Shown piece after piece: positions 1 to 8,715 of a stretch of DNA of 64,000 bases. The notes under the pieces are model-generated. The model saw only the letters and a list, made by a program, of their open reading frames with translations, ran no database searches and was not told the DNA's origin. The stretch is taken from the sequence record OP310983.1; one strand, given 5' to 3'. Both the position numbers and the translations under genes were made by a program. Within the stretch, counting starts at the first letter, position 1; every line of letters begins with the position of its first letter.

Positions 1-1
1 A

Positions 2-157
2 TTCACTATTAATCTTTATACATATAAAGAATTTCAAGAAGAGGTTACTAATAGGTTAAACATGTCAGCTTTTTTGACCACCAGTGAACCTTATCGTGAT
101 TTCTTACTAGCGATGCAAGAACGTCTACTTGCCATCCAGGATATTGTGGAAAATTAA
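2..157 (+). CDS. 3' end of a CDS entering from the left edge
   Basis: Open frame from position 2 (FTINLYTYKEF...DIVEN) to TAA at 155-157, followed by a hairpin at 211-238. Confidence 0.6.
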   Translation, partial: FTINLYTYKEFQEEVTNRLNMSAFLTTSEPYRDFLLAMQERLLAIQDIVEN

Positions 158-256
158 TGAAGTTTAGAATGTTAAAAGTTAATGTATTAAATTTACTCTA
201 CTACATACTTTACCCTACTCCATATTGGGGTAGGGGTATTAAGGTGGGGTATAAAT

Positions 257-550
257 ATGTCAAGCAACAAACTATCTGCACAACTTAATCGTCATCACAA
301 TACTCGAATAGTTAATTATTATGTTTCACTAGCTGCAAGTTGTTATGGAGACACCAATCCTTCAGCAAAGGCTAAAGGTAAATGGCGTAAACATAATCCG
401 TTTAACTGCGGTAGGTCTCGTTGTATGCTATGTGGTAATCCGCGTAAACATTGGAATAGGATTACTCTTAATGAATTAAAAATAAATATTTCATTAAAAG
501 AGCAACTCAATGATCTTTATGTAGATTATGCTACGCTGACTGAGGATTAA
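257..550 (+). CDS. hypothetical protein with C-x4-C-x2-C-GNPR putative Zn-binding motif
   Basis: HNPFNCGRSRCMLCGNPRK; GGTGG/GGGG upstream of ATG. Confidence 0.7.
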   Translation: MSSNKLSAQLNRHHNTRIVNYYVSLAASCYGDTNPSAKAKGKWRKHNPFNCGRSRCMLCGNPRKHWNRITLNELKINISLKEQLNDLYVDYATLTED

Positions 551-621
551 ATTATGCATGAAGAATATGAAGCAATTTAATAGTTTAAATTAACCATTCG
601 AAATAAATTTGGAATTAGCAA

Positions 622-744
622 ATGAAAGTTAAAAATAAGCAACAGCCTAAGTTTGTCAATCTAGCTACCATGCAAGCTGCTTGGCGGCTTAATAATGCAG
701 AACTCAAAGCTAAACGTGAAGCTAAAGAAAAGCAAAAAGAATAA
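622..744 (+). CDS. small basic protein (40 aa, not in ORF track)
   Basis: Hand translation MKVKNKQQPKFVNLATMQAAWRLNNAELKAKREAKEKQKE; ends just before terminator 761-790. Confidence 0.5.
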   Translation: MKVKNKQQPKFVNLATMQAAWRLNNAELKAKREAKEKQKE

Positions 745-760
745 AACTATTTAGTTGCAT

Positions 761-790
761 AAAGAGAGAGGAATTTATCCTCTCTCTTTT
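761..790 (+). terminator. intrinsic terminator
   Basis: AAAGAGAGAGGA-ATTTA-TCCTCTCTCTTT inverted repeat followed by T-rich run. Confidence 0.8.
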
Positions 791-930
791 TATGTTGTTT
801 TATAATTTGTATACTACAGGTATATTTCAATATGGAATCTTACTTACACGTACCATTCTAGATAGAAATATCCTAACTGATATGTTTGTTCTTTATTCTC
901 GGATCACTGAACCTAAAGAGGATTTTTAAG

Positions 931-1413
931 ATGGTTGAGCATTTAAATAAAGATAACTTCTTTTCATGGGGTGCTGTAGTAGGTGGTGCGCTATTACAGT
1001 ATTTTGAAAATGGTAAACTTGAAGGTGGGTATGATATATTTAAATTCAGTGATGATGTCAACGGCCTAGTTATTACAGGTGGTATAACGCATCGAAAAAA
1101 TATCGGGATCCTGAATGGTCAAGGTGATGATGAAGATCTGTTTTTAGTATTTGTCATAAGTAATACCAATAGTCCATATGTCGTATGGTATTATGATATT
1201 TATAAAGATAATGAAGGTATTAGTTTTACAAATGCTTCACCTACCAGTGGTCGTATTTTTAAATCAGATACCGATGAAAATAATGACCTGTCAATAAGTC
1301 AATTACTTAAAGTAGTTAAACACTTAGTAGATGAACGAGTTCGTTTAAATAAAAATATAGTTAATTCACCAGGTTATGAAATCATTGAAGAAGATAAAGA
1401 CTTTCAACTATAA
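931..1413 (+). CDS. hypothetical protein
   Basis: Track ORF 886..1413; better start is ATG 931 after GAGGA. Confidence 0.75.
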   Translation: MVEHLNKDNFFSWGAVVGGALLQYFENGKLEGGYDIFKFSDDVNGLVITGGITHRKNIGILNGQGDDEDLFLVFVISNTNSPYVVWYYDIYKDNEGISFTNASPTSGRIFKSDTDENNDLSISQLLKVVKHLVDERVRLNKNIVNSPGYEIIEEDKDFQL

Positions 1414-1440
1414 TAAGTCTTTTACAAAGTTACCATAAAT

Positions 1441-1458
1441 ACCTCCCTTCGGGGAGGT
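1441..1458 (+). terminator. intrinsic terminator (TTCG-loop family)
   Basis: ACCTCCC-TTCG-GGGAGGT followed by T tract. Confidence 0.8.
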
Positions 1459-1480
1459 TTTATATTGTATTTTTTTGTAT

Positions 1481-1506
1481 TCAAACATATTTAAACAGTA
1501 TATTAC
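1481..1506 (+). promoter_or_regulatory. phiKZ-type early promoter
   Basis: TCAAACATATTTAAACAG-TATATTAC; TATATTAC is the published phiKZ early motif. Confidence 0.8.
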
Positions 1507-1542
1507 ACATATGAATTCAATCTTGAAAAAAGGAGATATGTC

Positions 1543-1872
1543 ATGAATATGTCATCTATTTCCACTGGTGTTCTGGTGCTTGGTGGTATTGCATTTGGTT
1601 ACCATCTCTTTGATGGGGCGCGCTCCATTTACAAAGAATGGTCTATGGAATACATTTACAAAAAGCAAATGGCTAAGGTAAAGGAGCAGCTTACCGAATA
1701 TGAAAATAAGTATGTTGAGATTCCATCAATAGCTGAAATAAATATCTATATCGAACCAGTTCTAACTGAAGCTTTAAATAAACTTGATCGGTATAGCTAC
1801 AGCTGCTTCTTACATGATGTCGAACAGTACATCGAGTTTATTATTGATAATTATCGTGTAGTTAATCGATAA
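1543..1872 (+). CDS. early membrane-anchored protein; positional candidate for phiKZ gp241
   Basis: AGGAGA RBS; N-terminal hydrophobic helix TGVLVLGGIAFGYHLF; has its own early promoter and terminator; gp number by gene counting only. Confidence 0.55.
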   Translation: MNMSSISTGVLVLGGIAFGYHLFDGARSIYKEWSMEYIYKKQMAKVKEQLTEYENKYVEIPSIAEINIYIEPVLTEALNKLDRYSYSCFLHDVEQYIEFIIDNYRVVNR

Positions 1873-1884
1873 TAAGAGCATATG

Positions 1885-1904
1885 GCCCTCCCTTCGGGGA
1901 GGGC
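1885..1904 (+). terminator. intrinsic terminator (TTCG-loop family)
   Basis: GCCCTCCC-TTCG-GGGAGGGC. Confidence 0.8.
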
Positions 1905-1930
1905 TATTGCACTAAATTTTATTTGAGATA

Positions 1931-1938
1931 TATATTAC
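1931..1938 (+). promoter_or_regulatory. early promoter core
   Basis: TATATTAC 45 nt upstream of ATG 1984. Confidence 0.7.
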
Positions 1939-1983
1939 ATGTGTGTATTACAAAATCAAATTAATGTGTCGAGGTTTTAATAG

Positions 1984-2421
1984 ATGGACGTAGTTACTAA
2001 CATTTGGGAGGACGTTCTTACGAACGTGCATCACAAACTAAAGGTAATGGCCACTACTGCTGGCGATGTCATTCATATAGTGGAACCCAAATTAAATGAA
2101 ATGATTAAATCGAATATTAATCAACTACAGACAGAAAGGTATAGTCTTAGTTTAAACAAAACTAAAGACAATAAATACTACGCAAAATACCATGATAATC
2201 ATCATGGCTGGGATGTTTATTTATTTGTTGAACAAACTAGGTATGGGGCTATTGTTGGTAGTGGATTACGCCATCGTGCTAAAGAAGCTTGGGGTCTTAA
2301 TAAATTCAGAGAATATAATCTTATCAAAGTAAGGTGTACTCGACAAAATAGTGTTGTTGATAGTATTGTCTTCTTCGACGATCCATCTGAATATTTTCTT
2401 AGAACTGTAAATAAATTTTAA
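1984..2421 (+). CDS. hypothetical early protein (gp242-like by position)
   Basis: GAGG RBS; 145 aa ORF. Confidence 0.75.
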   Translation: MDVVTNIWEDVLTNVHHKLKVMATTAGDVIHIVEPKLNEMIKSNINQLQTERYSLSLNKTKDNKYYAKYHDNHHGWDVYLFVEQTRYGAIVGSGLRHRAKEAWGLNKFREYNLIKVRCTRQNSVVDSIVFFDDPSEYFLRTVNKF

Positions 2422-2441
2422 ATTAACTAAAAGGTAAAAAA

Positions 2442-3341
2442 ATGAATAATCTACAAGTTAATACCACTATTAAAGAATTACATAAACTTCTAATCTGTAA
2501 TATTATTGATGGTAAACTAATTGAATATAATGACATTGTGAAAGAACTGAAAATTACTAATGATGAATTAGATAATCTACTAATAGCTATTTCAAAGCTA
2601 TCTGATACACCAATTAATAATATCTTTAAATCACTTTCACTAGCAATTGATCTACGTACAATTACATCCGTCATTGAAAAACTTAGTAATTCTACGAAAC
2701 TATCTAAAAAAGAAATCCAGCTAGATCTGTTAACTAGGTTAGGAATAAAAGATAATTATTTTTCGAATAGTTTTACTAATGTGTATCATGAACTAAGTGA
2801 TATTATCAAAAAGCTTGAATATAGTGATAAACTATATCAATCAGATTATCAAAACTTTATTATTGATAAAGTAACTAGTCATTTTAAAGATGTATTATAT
2901 TCAGCTGGTTATGCAATCAATGATATTTATAAGTACACTGATTCTAAAGTAGTTAATGTAGATAAAAATGGACTATTGGTAGGTATGAGTATTACCAATT
3001 ATAGCTTCCATAATAAGGATGAACCAATTAGGACTATTGGTTTTTCATTAATTGATAAAACCGAGCGTTGTGTTGGAAAATCTGAAACTATTAAAAAGTT
3101 TGATGTTGAAGATTTTCTTAATACAATGGATACTATCAATATTAATCATAATGATATTATGTTTTTCTCAAAGCAGTATCGAGAAAAAGACTTAGCCATT
3201 CATAATGCGATCATGAATGAATTTAAGGTGAACAAGATTTCAAATGATACACGTGATAATATAATATCTTATCATATTGCCATGATGGGACATAACTGTA
3301 TTATCTCATTTAATCACAGTGGGCTCCTATTAAAAATTTAA
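2442..3341 (+). CDS. hypothetical protein
   Basis: AAGGT RBS; 299 aa ORF. Confidence 0.8.
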
Positions 3342-3398
3342 TAGAATATTAATTAAAAATCATCTTATGTAGTCAATCTAATTAAGGAAACAAAAAGA

Positions 3399-3755
3399 AT
3401 GCCAACTTATATTGAATTAATCAATATTGTCAATGACGATACTCCTGAAGATGATGCAGTTATTAGTGATCTGATGAGCCAAATGAATGATAAACAAACT
3501 GTTCTTGACAGTTGTCGTATCAATCATAAAGGCTATGCTTATTTTAAGTTCCATGTTAAGGGATCAATTAGTAAGGATAAACTTAAGGCTCTAAATGAAA
3601 CTTTAAAAGATTCTAATCTTGTTGTGACTGATGCTAGTACACAACGTGGTTTCATGCCACCTAATAAGTTTGATGATATCACTTATACTGAAGAGAGTGT
3701 TGGTTATAGGGCAATGGTCTGGACAAGCTTCACTATTGAAAAGCTACTTGTATAA
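3399..3755 (+). CDS. probable late/virion protein (gp244-like by position)
   Basis: AAGGA RBS; TATG late-promoter-like motif at 3366-3369; terminator directly after. Confidence 0.55.
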   Translation: MPTYIELINIVNDDTPEDDAVISDLMSQMNDKQTVLDSCRINHKGYAYFKFHVKGSISKDKLKALNETLKDSNLVVTDASTQRGFMPPNKFDDITYTEESVGYRAMVWTSFTIEKLLV

Positions 3756-3756
3756 T

Positions 3757-3776
3757 AAGAGCCCTTCGGGGCTCTT
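3757..3776 (+). terminator. intrinsic terminator
   Basis: AAGAGCCC-TTCG-GGGCTCTT. Confidence 0.8.
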
Positions 3777-3805
3777 TCTATTTCGCAATTAGGTATCTGT
3801 ATTAA

Positions 3806-4240
3806 ATGGATAAGTATCCTATTCTACAAGCTATGTCTAAAGAAGAGGCATTTAGACTTTTAGACATACAAGGTGAGTTTAGAAAAACTCAAATGAAAGA
3901 AAGGTATTGGAATGAGGAAACTGGTCTATGGTGGTGGGAACAACATCCCGATGTGAAATTAAGGATAGTTGCCGCCTGCAATAGATGGAAGGATGTTTAT
4001 TTCATTGCAGCGAGGCATTCATCAATCATAATGACTCAACAACAGCTAATGTATGGTGGTCTTAAGGTATTGCATGAATATGCAGGAGATGATCATGAAC
4101 AAGGTTTTATTGATCAGTATGAAAACTTCCACTCTAGGGAAGAAGCAGTAATTATCGCTAAGAATAATAATCAGTTATATCGAGCTGAATTAGAAAATAG
4201 ATTAGTAACTAAATATTTATTTAGTGAAGACCTATATTAG
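3806..4240 (+). CDS. conserved phage hypothetical protein
   Basis: AARH...EQGFIDQ..FHSREEA...LFSEDLY pattern recognised from a widespread phage family. Confidence 0.7.
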   Translation: MDKYPILQAMSKEEAFRLLDIQGEFRKTQMKERYWNEETGLWWWEQHPDVKLRIVAACNRWKDVYFIAARHSSIIMTQQQLMYGGLKVLHEYAGDDHEQGFIDQYENFHSREEAVIIAKNNNQLYRAELENRLVTKYLFSEDLY

Positions 4241-4270
4241 GTTTCCAATAATTTAAATAGGAATATAACT

Positions 4271-4927
4271 ATGCTAATGAATGAAATTATCGATATTCTA
4301 GAAGGAGGGAAAGAGAATATTCTCTTAACTAACCATCTAGGTAATGGCAAATATTCCAATGCGGGTAATGCAATGGCTGCATCATATGCCATTGCGGCAC
4401 ATACTGCTGTTGGTCAATTGCGAGATGGTTCAGGAAAACCTTACTGGCATCATTTATTACAAGTAGCTGAGATGGCGCAATTATTCGACCTATCTCACGC
4501 TGCTTATAAAGCAGCATGGTTACATGATGTAATTGAGGATACTGCTGTAACTGCTTCTGATCTAACTAAACTATTCTCAATCCCTGTTGTTAATTTAGTA
4601 ACTGAACTAACAAATGTAACTTACGAAGGTAATCGTAAAACTAGGATTAGTTTACAACATGAAAGACTTTCTCGCATTTCATGGAGTGGTCAATCTCTTA
4701 AGTTACTAGATTCCATTTCAAACATGTGGTCGATTGTTAATGATAAGCCTGATTTTGCTGAACTGTATCTGACTGAGAAAGCTCAACTAATCAGTAAGTT
4801 AAATAATTGTCACCCCGCTATTAAAGATCTGGCTATATCTGTTCTCTATGGCAGGTGTACTATGGTTGGTGGGGATGCACTAAAAGAATATAATAAACTA
4901 TTTTCTGATAATGAAATTGTATGTTAA
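4271..4927 (+). CDS. RelA/SpoT-type HD hydrolase (small alarmone hydrolase/Mesh1-like)
   Basis: AH..GQLRDGSGKPYWHH, AAWLHDVIEDT and LKLLDSISN match the HD_4 (SpoT hydrolase) motifs; no synthetase domain. Confidence 0.85.
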   Translation: MLMNEIIDILEGGKENILLTNHLGNGKYSNAGNAMAASYAIAAHTAVGQLRDGSGKPYWHHLLQVAEMAQLFDLSHAAYKAAWLHDVIEDTAVTASDLTKLFSIPVVNLVTELTNVTYEGNRKTRISLQHERLSRISWSGQSLKLLDSISNMWSIVNDKPDFAELYLTEKAQLISKLNNCHPAIKDLAISVLYGRCTMVGGDALKEYNKLFSDNEIVC

Positions 4928-4945
4928 AATAATTACTTAATATAC

Positions 4946-4964
4946 ACCCTCCCTTCGGGGAGGG
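4946..4964 (+). terminator. intrinsic terminator
   Basis: ACCCTCCC-TTC-GGGAGGGT followed by T tract. Confidence 0.8.
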
Positions 4965-4984
4965 TTTTATTTATCTTTTTTTGT

Positions 4985-5012
4985 ATTTAAACTATTTAAA
5001 AAGCTATATTAC
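4985..5012 (+). promoter_or_regulatory. early promoter
   Basis: ATTTAAACTATTTAAAAAGC-TATATTAC. Confidence 0.8.
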
Positions 5013-5045
5013 AAATATGAATTTAATAACCAAGAGGGCAATACA

Positions 5046-5309
5046 ATGACTGAACGTTTGAAATCCGTATGGTGCGCTTGCAGCTTACTGCGTGAACGCT
5101 GGAGACACATCCAAGACATTGCTGTCGGGGATGAACATCATGTCATAGTAAAAAACGATATGCTGATGGTGTTTCGTGGTCAAGTACCGGTAGGTAGCAT
5201 GTACCGGGGTGACAGTGACCCACTCATCTACGAGGGTGGTGCACTGGAAGAATTTACTAAAGTTGTATTGGATTTAGAATTCAATACTCGTGGTGAAACC
5301 AATAGTTAA
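5046..5309 (+). CDS. hypothetical protein
   Basis: GAGGG RBS; first gene after the early promoter. Confidence 0.75.
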   Translation: MTERLKSVWCACSLLRERWRHIQDIAVGDEHHVIVKNDMLMVFRGQVPVGSMYRGDSDPLIYEGGALEEFTKVVLDLEFNTRGETNS

Positions 5310-5335
5310 TAAAATTAATTTTGAGGTAATTCATT

Positions 5336-5743
5336 ATGAAATATGTAATTGCATTTATGTTGTCTATTGTAACTATCACTGCTAACTCGGCTGTCATGTA
5401 CACTAATCGTGATTCATGCATCGAGTTTGTAAAACAGGCAGATGAATTGTTTGTAAAAGGTGCATCTGTAACTGAAGTGCAAATGAAGACTTATGAAAGG
5501 ATTCATTATATCCTTAATAACACTAAAGATCTAAAGACCAACCAGTCTAAAGTTGAAGAACTCACTGGTCTATTTTACCTATGGTCTAAGGTAGATAAAA
5601 TGGCAATTGAGGCAAGTTTGCCACGTGCAACAAATGCTGCTAAAGTCTATAAGACCACTCCTGAGAAATTCATCATTGATGGTTATTTCCAGCGTTGTGT
5701 AGCGGCAGGTGCGTTTGAAGCAAAACCACTTACTCTAAAATAA
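5336..5743 (+). CDS. secreted two-Cys helical protein (paralog 1)
   Basis: Sec signal MKYVIAFMLSIVTITANSA; RDSC near N-terminus and QRCVAAG near C-terminus. Confidence 0.8.
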   Translation: MKYVIAFMLSIVTITANSAVMYTNRDSCIEFVKQADELFVKGASVTEVQMKTYERIHYILNNTKDLKTNQSKVEELTGLFYLWSKVDKMAIEASLPRATNAAKVYKTTPEKFIIDGYFQRCVAAGAFEAKPLTLK

Positions 5744-5755
5744 TGGAGGTACAAC

Positions 5756-6115
5756 ATGCTTAAGAATTGGCTATTATTCCTTTTCCTGCCAATCCTGTCC
5801 ATTGCATGTCAGCCTGCCCACGCTGTAGAAGTGGGTATTACTAAGAAATCATGTAATGTGGCAGTAAATCTTTCACAAAAAGCAACTGAGCTTTATGATA
5901 AGAACCTATCCCAATTTGAGATAATGATGCAGTTAGACATGATCTCTCGTAAGGATATGGATGACTTGGAGTTCTATGCAGGTGCGGTATATGCCAAGTT
6001 AAACTTAGTTGATATTCGAGTAAATAAACGAAAAGGATTTACCAATGGAGCTATCCTAGATAGGTTAGCTGAAAATTGTGTTGAAGCAATTGGTACTAAA
6101 TTTAACTTGGAGTAG
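5756..6115 (+). CDS. secreted two-Cys helical protein (paralog 2)
   Basis: Signal ending AHA; TKKSC ... ENCVEAIG. Confidence 0.8.
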   Translation: MLKNWLLFLFLPILSIACQPAHAVEVGITKKSCNVAVNLSQKATELYDKNLSQFEIMMQLDMISRKDMDDLEFYAGAVYAKLNLVDIRVNKRKGFTNGAILDRLAENCVEAIGTKFNLE

Positions 6116-6118
6116 ACT

Positions 6119-6913
6119 ATGATTAGTATCTATATTGTCATTATGCTCATGGCTATGCTAGCTGCATTGACATGTGGTAATTTGGTAGATAGTTGGGTAA
6201 GGCCAGCTATTCTAAAATGGTTGAATGATGATGTTGCTATTCATTTCACCAAGGCCACCTGGATGGTTGGGGGAATCCCTAATGATGTTCCAGTGCAACT
6301 AGGTAAAGCTGTTTGGTTACCCAAATACGTGGGTGATGGAATACGTCTTTACATTACGGCTGATGAAATAAAATTTGGATGGAATGGTAAAGAAAAAGAT
6401 GCTTTAGCACGAGCCATTGTTGAAGTTATCTTTATTGGTAAAAATCCAAATAGTAAACTTCTTGAAGTAAGTATTAAACCTATTTGGTTACACCCTTCTA
6501 TCCAAAAAGAAAGTTTCTATTTAATGTTTGATTGGGAAAAGCTTTATACAAAAAATGAAGAGATGCGTATTTGTTGGAAGACAATACGTCACACTTTTTT
6601 CTATGGATTCCTAGGTTTGCTATTTGGCGGTAGTGCCAATGCAGATAACCTTGTATTAACTGAACGTGGATGTGACCAATATGAAGCAATGGTGAGAACT
6701 ATTGCATCTAAAGCTTATATTGGATTAGATCCAGTTATGGGTAGGGAATTCATTATTAATGATCCTGATATGTTAAATGCCCGTGAGAAAGCACAACGTA
6801 ATACCCGTATCATTATCGATATGGTGGAAACTGGACAAGAACCCAAAGACATTGCATTATGGATGAATACTCAATGTAAACAAGAAGCAGTGTCAAATTT
6901 AATCAAACAGTAA
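6119..6913 (+). CDS. membrane-anchored protein joined in frame to secreted paralog 3 (internal start 6563)
   Basis: N-terminal TM helix; internal MRICWK...GGSANA signal peptide followed by TERGC ... TQCKQE. Confidence 0.7.
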   Translation: MISIYIVIMLMAMLAALTCGNLVDSWVRPAILKWLNDDVAIHFTKATWMVGGIPNDVPVQLGKAVWLPKYVGDGIRLYITADEIKFGWNGKEKDALARAIVEVIFIGKNPNSKLLEVSIKPIWLHPSIQKESFYLMFDWEKLYTKNEEMRICWKTIRHTFFYGFLGLLFGGSANADNLVLTERGCDQYEAMVRTIASKAYIGLDPVMGREFIINDPDMLNAREKAQRNTRIIIDMVETGQEPKDIALWMNTQCKQEAVSNLIKQ

Positions 6914-6926
6914 AAAAGGCATAGAT

Positions 6927-7310
6927 ATGAAAAGAAATTTTGAAGATGATCACGTGGTAATGGCAGTGGAAGTATATGAGAAACTGAAAGAAGCTGCTGC
7001 TTATTCATTACACTCTTCTGAAATTAGTAAGATCGAACGACATATGCGTAAGTTTAATCGTGTTCAACGCGATAAACATATTGAAAATATGCATATGGAA
7101 ATGCTTGAGAAACGCGAGGCTATTAGAAAAGCAAAATCTTTCTTTTCTCAAAATGCCGGTAAAATTGGTTGCGTAGTAGATAGGCTTGTCAAAGTATGTG
7201 AAGTGTATAAAATGGATAAGTCTATGGTGGTTGTTGAGTTTCTCCAACATAAATCTAAAATTAAAGTTCCAGTAAATCCTGAAAAAATTACTATTCTTAC
7301 CATTAAATAA
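6927..7310 (+). CDS. hypothetical protein
   Basis: AAGG RBS; charged helical N-terminus, beta-rich C-terminus. Confidence 0.75.
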   Translation: MKRNFEDDHVVMAVEVYEKLKEAAAYSLHSSEISKIERHMRKFNRVQRDKHIENMHMEMLEKREAIRKAKSFFSQNAGKIGCVVDRLVKVCEVYKMDKSMVVVEFLQHKSKIKVPVNPEKITILTIK

Positions 7311-7327
7311 ATGAAGAAGGATTTAAA

Positions 7328-7783
7328 ATGAAAAATGTAATTGCAGCAGCTTTCGCTGGTCTCATTGCCATTACCGGTATCATGTTCAATACCGCAATGG
7401 CTGAAATCAAGATTGGTAAAAAAGATGCTCAACTCACTGTGCAGTCGTGTGCAATGGTTGAAACCATTACTAAACAAGCTGTATTTCGAATGAGTGAAGG
7501 TCATAGCGCAGATGAAGTTGGTGTGCTTATGCTCAACAACTCTGCTAAACTAAAAGATGAGTTGGATACCAATAATTGGATTGCGTTAACATTCGTATTC
7601 AATAGTCTTAATAAAATCAATAATGACCTTAACAGTAAAGAGATCCATGATTATATCCGTAGTCAAGGTTACAATGTGACTACTCCTAATCTGGCAGCTT
7701 TTATCAGCGGGTATTATGGCAATTACTGCATGAAGCATATTGGTGAGAAATTCACTCACATGGTAATTGTTGAACTCATTTAA
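7328..7783 (+). CDS. secreted two-Cys helical protein (paralog 4)
   Basis: Signal ending AMA; TVQSC ... NYCMKHIG. Confidence 0.8.
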   Translation: MKNVIAAAFAGLIAITGIMFNTAMAEIKIGKKDAQLTVQSCAMVETITKQAVFRMSEGHSADEVGVLMLNNSAKLKDELDTNNWIALTFVFNSLNKINNDLNSKEIHDYIRSQGYNVTTPNLAAFISGYYGNYCMKHIGEKFTHMVIVELI

Positions 7784-7815
7784 TTCATATCGAATACTTT
7801 CAAAAGGAAAATAGG

Positions 7816-8193
7816 ATGAAATACGTCTTCTCGCTCATTATCACTATGGTAGCAATGTCGGTTAATGCACAACCCGTAACCGTGTCATCTTGCTACGTGC
7901 TGCACAGCTTGGCAAAGAATATGGTTCAATTCTACACTAATGGCGGTGAGCCATTGGAGATGTATGCAATACTGCAAGATGAACTATCCATTGCCATAGA
8001 TAAAAACCAGAGTGATAAGGCACTCGCTATTAATATCGCATTGGATAATGTCGATGTAATATACCAAAATCTCACTGATCCCGCACTTAAGCTTTTGGCA
8101 AAGAGCGAGGGAAGTGATCTTGGTGAGATGCTGACTGAAAAACTCAGTAATGGGTGTTTCAATATAGTCGGCGAGGAGTTGTATGATAACTAG
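7816..8193 (+). CDS. secreted two-Cys helical protein (paralog 5)
   Basis: Signal ending VNA; TVSSC ... NGCFNIVG. Confidence 0.8.
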   Translation: MKYVFSLIITMVAMSVNAQPVTVSSCYVLHSLAKNMVQFYTNGGEPLEMYAILQDELSIAIDKNQSDKALAINIALDNVDVIYQNLTDPALKLLAKSEGSDLGEMLTEKLSNGCFNIVGEELYDN

Positions 8194-8422
8194 AATCATC
8201 CTAATTGTTGCATGGGTATGGGTAATCTCTCTTATGGGAATGATTACGTATGTTCTTTATGATACGTATCAATTTCGTAAGAAATTAGAAATGCCTGTTG
8301 TAGAATGGGAAGATAAGGCGAAGGACACTCCTGTTAAGAAGTGTCCAGATGAAGTATTATTCGCTGAAGACCCAAAGGATGGCAAACTCAAAATGGGATG
8401 CCCTGAGAGTTATAAGAAATAA
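8183..8422 (+). CDS. small membrane protein with C-terminal Cys pair
   Basis: TM helix IILIVAWVWVISLMGMITYVLY; KKCP...MGCP. Confidence 0.7.
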   Translation: MITRIILIVAWVWVISLMGMITYVLYDTYQFRKKLEMPVVEWEDKAKDTPVKKCPDEVLFAEDPKDGKLKMGCPESYKK

Positions 8423-8424
8423 TT

Positions 8425-8444
8425 AGAGGACCTTCGGGTCCTCT
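8425..8444 (+). terminator. intrinsic terminator
   Basis: AGAGGACC-TTCG-GGTCCTCT followed by TTTT. Confidence 0.8.
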
Positions 8445-8504
8445 TTTTAACCGACTGGACGGTTAAAACTAGGTGGGATAAATTAAACTATTTGAGGAAA
8501 TCTA

Positions 8505-8612
8505 ATGCAACTTAGTAATGAACTTTTCTATGTGGGTATGGTAGCTGTATCAATGTCAATCGGTATGCTATTTAGCTATATTTATCACACTCATAAGAAA
8601 AAATATAAATAA
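8505..8612 (+). CDS. single-TM microprotein (35 aa, not in track)
   Basis: GAGGA RBS; [35 protein letters not shown]; terminator 8622-8641 follows. Confidence 0.65.
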   Translation: MQLSNELFYVGMVAVSMSIGMLFSYIYHTHKKKYK

Positions 8613-8621
8613 AGTCATAAA

Positions 8622-8641
8622 CCCTCTCCCAAAGGAGAGGG
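8622..8641 (+). terminator. intrinsic terminator
   Basis: CCCTCTCC-CAAA-GGAGAGGG. Confidence 0.75.
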
Positions 8642-8668
8642 CTTTTACATTAAATTTTTTTTGAAATC

Positions 8669-8676
8669 TATATTAC
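8669..8676 (+). promoter_or_regulatory. early promoter core
   Basis: TATATTAC 40 nt upstream of ATG 8716. Confidence 0.7.
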
Positions 8677-8715
8677 ACTAATACAACATTAAACTATTAA
8701 ATAGGTAATTAAAAA

